Source: Desulfobacterales bacterium
GTDB lineage: Bacteria; Desulfobacterota; Desulfobacteria; Desulfobacterales; UBA5852
Length of the DNA: 64,000 bases
Assembly (NCBI GenBank): GCA_963674755.2
Contig: CAXXVS010000002.1
Coordinates: 1,088,001-1,152,000, forward strand
Reading direction: 5' to 3'
Shown: positions 39,952 to 50,100 of the stretch, one piece after another
Numbering within the stretch: the stretch's first letter is position 1
Layout of the letters: the number at the start of each line of letters is the position of its first letter
Position numbers and translations under genes: made by a program
Notes under the pieces: model-generated
What the model was told of the DNA's origin: nothing
Database searches by the model: none
The model's input: only the letters and a program-made list of their open reading frames with translations

Positions 39952-41046
39952 ATGACCATTGGGAGACGTATTTTGGACACTTTGCAAATTCTCGAGAAAA
40001 ACCGTTCGCTACACCATCGGCATGCAGGCCAGCGCTGCTTTCTGATCGGCAACGGACCTTCGATCGCCGCCCAAGATCTGGTCGCGCTACGTCATGAGAT
40101 CAAAATCTGTTTCAACAGCTTCTACAAACATCCGCACTGCCAAGAAATCGCCCCCGATTACTGGATGGCGGCCGATCCCGCGATTTGGCAAAATAAAAAC
40201 CAATTTCTTCTTCCGCTCTTGGAAGCCGTGGAATCCGCAGGCATCGTGACCAAGCTTTTTTTCCCCCTTTGGGGTTCGGTCAAGGTCGGCGGCAGCCGCT
40301 TCCTCGATATCCATTACTTCTCCTATGATCAGGCAAGCCGCCATTTGACTACCAACATCGATTTCTGCACCGGTATCCCCCCCTTTGCCCAGAACGTGAT
40401 GCTCGTGGGTATGATGCTGGCTTTCTACCTGGGCTGCAATCCGATCATCATCCTCGGTGCCGATCATACCTGGTGGGAGTGGACCCGTGACGAATACGCC
40501 GGCAAAGAAACGCCCCATTTTTTTAAAAACGACTATAGTCCCATATCGAAACGCTATTCTTTTGATATCCTCCAGTCCACCATTGCCGTACAGCGCTATC
40601 AATACCGGCAACTTCAGAAATATGCCGCTCTTCGCGGTTTCGAGATATACAATGCAACCCCCCACTCCGCCCTGGATATCTTTCCCCGCATCGATTTCGA
40701 CACCCTGCGCTTCGCTGCTCACAGCCCCTATGTGGACCACGGCCATCCGTCCTGCTCGCCGGCGCCGGCCCAAGAGCTTGGCGCCGCGGCCCTCGGTCTG
40801 ATCGGGGCGGGACGCTATGTGCCGGCTTTGGCTCTTATCGATGAAGCACGGCGGCGGAACATCAACCGCTCCTCGAAGGTGCAGGGTCTGGATTATCTGC
40901 GCTCCCTGTGCCTGGCAGGCTTGGGTGAAAATCACGAAGCGCTCATCGCGGCCCACCAGGATTTTATCAGCAACCCCGCCAATCGCGGAAATGCGGGAAA
41001 TCTTCTGCGCGCCTTGGGGGATCGCAGCGTCAACCTTGCCGATTAA
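39952..41046 (+). CDS. Maf/DUF115-like protein with C-terminal TPR-like helices
   Basis: HAGQRCFLIGNGPS, AADP, AFYLGCNPIIILGAD, IYNAT. Confidence 0.75.
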   Translation: MTIGRRILDTLQILEKNRSLHHRHAGQRCFLIGNGPSIAAQDLVALRHEIKICFNSFYKHPHCQEIAPDYWMAADPAIWQNKNQFLLPLLEAVESAGIVTKLFFPLWGSVKVGGSRFLDIHYFSYDQASRHLTTNIDFCTGIPPFAQNVMLVGMMLAFYLGCNPIIILGADHTWWEWTRDEYAGKETPHFFKNDYSPISKRYSFDILQSTIAVQRYQYRQLQKYAALRGFEIYNATPHSALDIFPRIDFDTLRFAAHSPYVDHGHPSCSPAPAQELGAAALGLIGAGRYVPALALIDEARRRNINRSSKVQGLDYLRSLCLAGLGENHEALIAAHQDFISNPANRGNAGNLLRALGDRSVNLAD

Positions 41047-41106
41047 ACGACTGCATGGTGCGGACCATGCCGTTTGTCGTGTTATCCCGCTTAAAGAGGT
41101 CAGATT

Positions 41107-44100
41107 ATGATCATCGCCGGAAACAGCCATGTCACCCTATTTCGAGGACGCCTCCGGAACCGTGCCAACGACAGCATTGTCAGCGTAAGGTGGGTCGGGG
41201 CGCTCACCGCCGATCATTTCCTTAACAACCATTCAGCGGCACGGGCCATCCAAGCCGCCTTCGCGTCAACCGACGGCTGGAAGATTTTATCGATCGGTAT
41301 GCATGACATCTTCGGGTTGTGCCGGGCCTACTCCCAGAACGTTTACCGGCAAGCCTGCAACCAATTGCTGAAACGCTATCAGGACCTATTTGGGACCTTT
41401 GGCCAGGCGGGACGCTTTGCCTGGTTGATATCGCCCCAGCAGTTGGAGGGCACCGCCACCGCTTCTCTGTCTCCGGGAAAGGTTTTCGAAATCTCGGAAG
41501 AATTCAACCACCTGACGACAAAATGGTGCCGGCAGCGCCATATCGCGGTCATTAACCCGCTAAAGGCCTTGCGGCGGCCGGATGGCACACTCAACGCCAA
41601 GTTCGTTCAGCAAGACGGGATTCATCTCAACGATCAGGCGCTTGCGCCCTACGTCAAGGAATTGAAGGCGCAGACCGGCCTCGACCTTGCCATCGAAACT
41701 TTGCCGGCGAGCGCATGCCATCGTGTGAAGGCCCGGAATGAGCCGGAGTCCCTGGCGCTGCTGATCGCCGACGAATTGCAGCTGGGCTGGGACCATTCCA
41801 AATGGCCCTACGGTGAAAGGCAGGATTTTGAAGACGACCTTATCGCCCATGTCCAGCGCGGCTTCGATCAAAAGGGCCAATCCGTCACGCTGGACCGAAC
41901 CACATGCTACAATGCGGACAATGCCTTAAATTCAGCCGATCTGGTATCGCTCTATAACCACGCCACCGATTGCTTGGGCGTGGAACTTGCCTTCGATGTA
42001 AACATCCGCGAGCTGAACACGGTCGAAAAAATCGCCGATTTTCTGTTGGCGCGGAAACCGCTTTCCAAAAACGATTTTTACGAAACCCTTTCCAGGGATA
42101 GCGGCAATGCCCTGCGACAATCGGAAACCTTTATCGCCGACCGGAAGCTCGCGGCCCTCGATGAGGAACGCTATAGCCGTCTGAGGGAAATCATTCATCA
42201 TCTGACCGGGGGAGCCCCTTGTCAGTATGGCGTCGTCTATTTTTGGATAGCCCTCATCGAAGCCGAAAGGGGCAACTACGGGTGGGCCTGTCAATTGTTG
42301 GCGCTGGCCGAATCGCCGCACATCAGCTTTCCGTTGTGCTCTTCACGCGTGTCTTTCTATCGTCAACTCTGGCACGCCAAGTCCTGTCCGCCGCCCCCGG
42401 ATACAAGCGCAGCCGATCGGAAGGCGCCCCTGGCGACGGTCTATGCCGACGATCTCCATGACCTGGTGTCGCACTGGTCCCGGCAGGTCGAATCGCTGCG
42501 GTCAACCATCGGGCATCTTTACGTCGTTGCCGCCGATGACGGTACCCAACGTTTGCTCGAGATGTTTCCCCGCTTGCAGACCGTTGATCTCTTTGTGCCG
42601 CCCGCGGCGCGCCACCGTCAGATGGCTGAACGTTATCGCCATGATCCGCGCGTCAGGGTCTGGCCCTTTATGCTGTCGGATCGAACAGGGCATGAACTCA
42701 TTTCCTATGCCGAACAAAAGGGGAATCATAGGGTATCGGCCGGTGCTCCCAATACAGCCTGGCCCGCAGACATTCTTTCGACGGAAACCGTCACATGGGC
42801 GGATTTCCTCGACACGCACGCCGCGGAGCCTCCGGACTTGCTGATCTGTTCCGTCCCAGGACTGTCGGAGCGGCTCTGCGACGCCATTCCGGCCGCGGTC
42901 ATGGAAAATCTCAAGGCGGCATGTCTGGCGACTTCCCGGCTGGTAGCCCACCTTCCCGCGGCCCAAACTCCGGCCGACAGCAAGCCGGCCGCCAGGCCTT
43001 TTGATCTTTTCGGTCTGGTGCGTTCGTCCGGGCTTCAGCGCCAGGCCGTCACGGCGCTCTATATCAATCCTCGATCGGCGTCGACCGTCTATCAGAACCA
43101 GAGGATCCTCGACCGCCTCATGGCCAGTGCGGCGGCTGGAGCGCCCCTCTTGACGACACAGAATACGGTTCCGGCCGAATTTGACGAATGCGCGGCAGGA
43201 CTCACGGAAGAGTTGTATGGTTTGGGGCGACGGCTCCAAAAGGACCAGAAGAGCGAGGACGCCCTCTTCGTCTTCAATCAGGTCATGGACACCGATCCCC
43301 ATCATGCCGATGCCCTCTATCAGATTGGGGCGCTTCTCAATCGGGCCGGAAAGGTTAGCAAGGCCCTGCCCTATTGGGAAGCGGCATTCAACCAGCGGCC
43401 CTCCGACCGGATGATGGCCCTGGCCTACGCTCAGGCCTTGTGGTCTTCCGGACGCCAGGAGCAGGCGCAAGCGGTGTGCCGGCGCTATGCGGCCCGGAAT
43501 TGGCGCCTTGACGATCGTTGCGACGATCTCCTGGCGGATATCGCCTATCCCCATGGTCTTCCCAATGAGGACGAATCGGCGGCCCTGCACAACGTCCGGA
43601 GCCTAGCCGACCAAGGACAGCTGGGACAAGCCTATCAGGCGCTGTCCGAATGGGTGGCCGAACACCCCGATAGAGCCCAGGGCCATAACGATCTGGGTGT
43701 GTTGGCATGCCGTCGGGGAGACGACGAAAAGGCCCTAAATCACTATGCACGTGCCGTCGAGCTCGAACCGCATAACCGTACCTACCAGAAGAACCTGGCG
43801 GATTTTCGCCTTGCCCGCCAGGGCGACGTCGAAGCCGCCTTGCGAACATACACCGCCCTGCTCGCTGACGATCCCCGTGACACCGAAGTTTTGTATGCCC
43901 TTGCCCAAATCTGCCGCCAGGTTGGCAACGCCGATGATGCGCAGGAATTTCTCGCCCGCATTCTCGACATCGATCCCGACCATGGTGCCGCACGCGAGGC
44001 GCTGACCGCGATACGCGATGACGCCCCCGGCTGTCACCGCCTTGAGGCGGACGCTGCATCGCGGCCTCCCGTCGCCCCAGTGTCGGCTCCCGCCCCCGTC

Positions 44101-47100
44101 CTCATTGCAACCAGCATCGCGCCGCATTCGCTGGAAATTCAGCAAAAAGCGGTCAAGTCCTGGAAGGACCTGGGTTTCGATGTCGTCTCGCTGAATTCGC
44201 CGGAAGAAATCGCCGGTTTGAAGGACAGCTTCCCGGATATCGCTTTTCATGCGGTGGACCGCACCAGTCAAGCGCATTTCGGGAAACCCTATATCTACTT
44301 CGATGATGTCATTGCCCATTTTAAAGGCGTTGACCGGCCCGTCTACGGGATTGTCAACTCGGACATCCACCTGAAGGCCGACGACAATATCCTGGCCTTT
44401 TTGCAGGCCGAGGCGAACCAGTCCCTCCTCTTCGGCCATCGCTTGGATGTCACCTCCCTCTCCTCTAGCCAGGGCGACTTCTACCGGAACGGCTATGATT
44501 TTTTCTTTTTCGACAGATCCCTTTTGGGGCTGTACCCCGATTCGATCCTCAGTCTGGGCGTTACGTGGTGGGATTATTGGACCGTGTTGATTCCGGCGCT
44601 GAATGGATTCCCCGTCAAAAAGCTGGTGTCGCCCTTGGCCTACCACCTTGAGCACCCGAATCGTTGGGACCGCAAACAGTGGATCCATGTCGGGCGCCTG
44701 ATCTCCGCTTATTTGAAAGCAGAGGATATCGACCAGGGCCGGACATGGCCGGCGGATTCCCCCTGGTTACTGTTTCGTGAAATTCTCCAGAACGGGGCGG
44801 CGGTCAAATGCCTCCAAAAACCTTTCCAGGATCGCACGCGGCGGCGCTTCGCATACGGCGACAACTTTACCCTCAATATTTGCATCCTTGATTTTATAGA
44901 GCAAATTTGCCAAAAGGTTACCCTGCCCTGGGACGATGAATTGATACACCATGGCGACACCACCAAGGGGCCTAATTTTTCCCCGGATTTTTTTGACGCG
45001 CATCACCTCCCGACACCGAAGACGGTACCGCCGCCCCTGATGCAGGATTGTGCTCTGCGCACCCATCAGGCCCAAAGATTGTATCGCGAGGGGCGGGGGC
45101 CAGAAGCGCAGGCCATCCTGGAATCGATTATCCATGAGATCCCCGGCCATCCCCCCGCCTGCAACCTTCTTGGCGCGATGGCCTGGGAGGCAGGATCGAC
45201 CGATACGGCCCTGCGTCACTTCCACAACGCCCTGCGCTACAATCCTTACGACCGGCCGACGATCATTAACTGTTCGGCGGCCCTCGCCCGTGTGGGGCGA
45301 CCCGAGGAAAGCCGCCAGATCTATGCCGCCTATCTGCGTTTCAATCCGGGGGATATCGAAATCGGACGCTGGTGCCGCCGACTGGAAGCCGGCCAAAACC
45401 TCCAGCCGCCGGACCAGTTCACGCTCCACCAGCCGGGAGACCTGTCGCTATTGCCCATCCTCATCTACCAGATGGGCAAGGTGGGCTCCACCTCGCTTGT
45501 CGACTCGATCGCGAAACTGGGCCTGCCGGTCAAACACGTCCACACCCTTTCCTGGCCCGGCATCCTCCATGCCGAAAAAGCTTTCCGGGATGAAACGAAG
45601 CGCGAACTGCCCTCCTGGTTGACACACTATCGCGGTATCCGCACGCACATCGACCGCTTGGGTCAATCCGCCCACTGGAAGATCATCACGCTAGTCCGGG
45701 ATCCGCTCAAACGCTACATTTCCGATCTGTTTCAGAACCTGGACCGCTATTTTCCGCATCTGAACGATCTGCCCAATGAGGACCCGGCCCCCATCAGGGA
45801 GCATATCCTGCGCTACCTCGAGGAATTCGACGAGGCGCAAGACCATGCCTGCAGCTGGTTTGATAAGGAACTTCTGGGCGTATTTGGGGTCGATCTCCTG
45901 GCTTCCCCCTTCAATACGGCAAAAGGGTATCAGCGCTACCAGACCAAACATGCGGACATCCTTCTTATACGTCTGGAAGATCTGGAGTCCTGCGCTGCCG
46001 AAGCCATGGCCGATTTTCTTGCAATCGACACCTTTCAACTTGCGCATTCCAATGTCAGTGCCACTAAGCCATATGCCGCTCTTTATCGACGGCTGAATGA
46101 CGAATTGCGCTTCGATCGATCCCTCTTGGACAGATTTTACAGCAGCCGGTTGGCACAACATTTTTATACGGCCTCCGAAATTGAGGCTTTCAAAGCTCAA
46201 TGGTGTTCTCAACCCTCTATGCAAGACGCTGTTGTCTCGCAAACCCCACCCCGGGTTTCGGCGGTCGTATCGACCTATGCATCGGCGCGTTTCATTGAAG
46301 GCCGTCTGCAGAATTTGGTCGATCAGACGTTATTCCAAAAAGGCGGCCTGGAGATCATCGTCATCGATTCAAGTTCGCCCGAGGATGAAGGCGCCATCGT
46401 GGAACGCTTTGCGGCACGACATCCGAATATTTTTTATCTCCGAACCGATGAAAGAGAAACCGTATACACCGCATGGAACCGCGGCATTGAAATGGCACGC
46501 GGCACCTATTTCGTAAACGCCAACACCGATGATCGGTTTTCAACGAACGCCTTGGAGCGAATGGCGGACGCGCTCGATTCCCATTGTGAATATGACGCCG
46601 TTTACGGGAACTGGGTCGTAACCCGCATTCCCAACGACAGCTTCGACAGCGATGCCCCTAAGCGCCTTTTCATCTATCCCGAATTTGATCCGGGATTGTT
46701 TTTCTATCTCCAAATAACGAGCCATGCCAATTTCGTGCGGCGGTCCGTATTCGACTCTATCGGCGGGTTTGACGGATCCTACACCGTTTTCGGTGACCGT
46801 GAATTTATGCTGCGGTTTTCCGCCAGTGGTCACAAAGCAATGAAACTGGAAACCATCGTCGGACTCTACCTGGAAAATCCTACCAGCGTCGAGAGGGCCA
46901 ACAAAGAAATCGGCCTCCAAGAGTGCCGGGCCTTGTATGACCATTATCTCGAAGCCGACCGGTTTGCGACACTCATGGGTTTCGGAAAAGGAACATCCCC
47001 TGCCATCCTTTCCAAGGAATACACGCGGATCGGCTGCTTGGGGATGGGACTCTACGATATCGACGGCAAGTCCCTTCATGCCCTGGGCTCACCGGCACGA

Positions 47101-50100
47101 TTGTTCGCGAAAGCGATCGAGCTCAATCCCGAAAACGTCATCGCGCTGAACAATCTTGGCGTTGTCGCGCAATGCCAGGGTGCGCCGGAAGAGGCTTGTC
47201 AGTTTTTAAAACAGGCGCGCTCGCTTGCCGGCCCTGAACAGCGCGCGGTCATCGATAGCAACCAGGATCTGGCCGCTAAAAAAATCTCCGATCCGAACCG
47301 CTTGCAATTTCTGTTTCCGAGGGCCTTTACACCGATCCGGGTCAGCGAAACATCATATCCGGTTGACAGGCGCTTGTCCCCTCGCCCGGCGGTCCCATCG
47401 TCGGTGTCGGGTGCCAGCCGAAAGCGGACACCGCAGAGCCGCAAACAAATCAGGAAACAGAACCGCTCCCAAAAGCCTGAATTGGCGCCGGACTTGGCCA
47501 GGAGACCGGACGATGAAATCGTGGTTCCGCAACCAGCGACGGAAAGCGCTCCATGGCAGGCCTGCTTGAGAGGGGATTATGCCGCCGCGGCTTCGTTACT
47601 GCGCCGGAACATCGCTTCCCACATTGAAGATTGGGAGGCATACGCATTGTTGGTGGACGTGCTGTTGCAGTCCGGCCAGGAGGCCGCGATTGTGGAACAG
47701 CTGCACCCCTTGGAGAGCCGCCCCGATCTTCCGGCCGGCATGCGGGCCCTGATCGGCAGTGGCTACGAGGCCGCCGGCGATTTGAAAATGGCTGCGGATT
47801 TTGCCGAACAAGCCTTGGCCGCAGACCCCGACTGCGCCCGGGCATGGAACCTCAAAGGCGTGCTCGCCTTTCGCAGCGGCGACAAGCAGGCGGCCGAAGC
47901 GCATTTTAAAACGGCCGCCGGCAAAGATGCCGCCTGGGGAGAACCCTGGACCAACATGGGCACTGTCTACTGGGAGCAGCGTGATCGGGAAAACGCTCTG
48001 GCGTGTTTTGAAAAAGGCTTTCGCCTTTCCCCGGCCGCGCCCAACGTGGCCACCACCTATCATGTGGCCGTCAGCGAAACGGGTGAGTTTGAACGCGCCC
48101 GAGCGCTGTTCGAAGACGTCGTCACCCGCTACCCTGATTTCCGCCGGGCCCGCTTTCTCTTGATCGACATCCTGATCCGCCGGGAGGCCTTTCCGGACGC
48201 CCTGGAGCGGATCGAAACCGTTATGGTGGATTTCGGCGTCGATGCGCAGCTGCTGCAGGCGGCCAGGGCCGTCCGTGCCAAGGTGGGACCCATGACCGTC
48301 AAAAAACGCAAACGCCCTTCCCTGTCCCTTTGCATGATCGTGAAAAACGAAGAACGCTATCTGGCCCGCTGCCTGCAAAGCTTGAAACCCCTCGTCGATG
48401 AAATGATCATTGTGGATACCGGCTCCAGCGATGCCACCCGTGACATCGCCGAGGTCTTCGGCGCCAGGGTCTTTGATTTCGAATGGGACGACGATTTCGC
48501 CGCCGCCCGCAACCACAGCCTGGAAAAGGCCGTCGGGGACTGGATCCTCGTCATGGACGCCGATGAGGTCATCGCCCCCAGAGACCATGCCAAAATCCGC
48601 CGGCTCATCGCACAATCCAAAACCAGGCAACACGCCTATATGCTAACGACGCGTAACTACACCGATCGCCGGGACTCCGTCGACTATCGGGAAAACGCCG
48701 GCGAATACGATGAAGAAATGAGCACCGGCTGGGTGCCCAGCCGGAAAGTGCGGCTTTTCCCCAACCGACAGCACATCCATTTCGTTTTCCCGGTGCATGA
48801 GCAGGTCGATCCGGTACTTGCTGAAAGAGGTACGGCACTGGTGACATGTCCTGTGCCTGTTCATCACTATGGTAAATTGGATCATGACCGCACCGACAAA
48901 CGCTGGGCGCTGTATTATGCCATTGGCAAGCAAAAGCTCGATTCTCTTGGTGAAAACGAAAGCGCCCTAAAAGAACTGGCCATTCAAGCCGCGCTGCTCT
49001 CAAAATGGGAGGAGGCCGCCACCTATTGGAAACGCTATCTTGATCTCAAACCCGAATCCGTCGAGGCCTGTTTGAACCTTACCCGGGTCATGGCGGCAAA
49101 GGGTAACCATGCCGAGGCGCTCCAGTATGCCCGCCTGGCTTTTCAACTGGATGCCGATCGCCTGGAAACCCACTACAATCTGACGTTGAGCCACCTCCAG
49201 GCAGGAGAAGCCGCGCAGGCTATACAGACATCCCGTCAGATGACGGCAGCGTTTCCTGGCGATCCGGATGGACGGTTGTTGCAGGCTGCGGCCACGCTTT
49301 GTGCCGGGCAGCTTTCACAGGGAAGGCAACTGGCTTTAGACCTCGCTCATGAAATACCGGCTAAAACGCTCAAATCCCGCATCCTGACACTTATGGCGGC
49401 GATAGCTTCCGCCGGACTCATGGATTGGATTACCCGTCTCGTAGATGCCTTGTCACAGATCGATGGCCTGCACGATATCGGGGCGCAATTGAACGCCATG
49501 GGGCCTCAATCCGTGGCGCCTTCTCCCAAATCGCCGCCATTGGATAATCAACAGACCGGCGTTCTATTGGATGAAGCATGGCACAGCTACGTCCATGGGG
49601 ATTTTCAGGCTGCCGTTGACAACCTGGTATCCATCATTGTCGCAAATCCAGATCAGTGGGAGGCATACGCATTGTTGGTGGACGTGCTGTTGCAGTCCGG
49701 CCAGGAGGCCGCGATTGTGGAACAGCTGCACCCCTTGGAGAGCCGCCCCGATCTTCCGGCCGGCATGCGGGCCCTGATCGGCAGTGGCTACGAGGCCGCC
49801 GGCGATTTGAAAATGGCTGCGGATTTTGCCGAACAAGCCTTGGCCGCAGACCCCGACTGCGCCCGGGCATGGAACCTCAAAGGCGTGCTCGCCTTTCGCA
49901 GCGGCGACAAGCAGGCGGCCGAAGCGCATTTTAAAACGGCCGCCGGCAAAGATGCCGCCTGGGGAGAACCCTGGACCAACATGGGCACTGTCTACTGGGA
50001 GCAGCGTGATCGGGAAAACGCTCTGGCGTGTTTTGAAAAAGGCTTTCGCCTTTCCCCGGCCGCGCCCAACGTGGCCACCACCTATCATGTGGCCGTCAGC

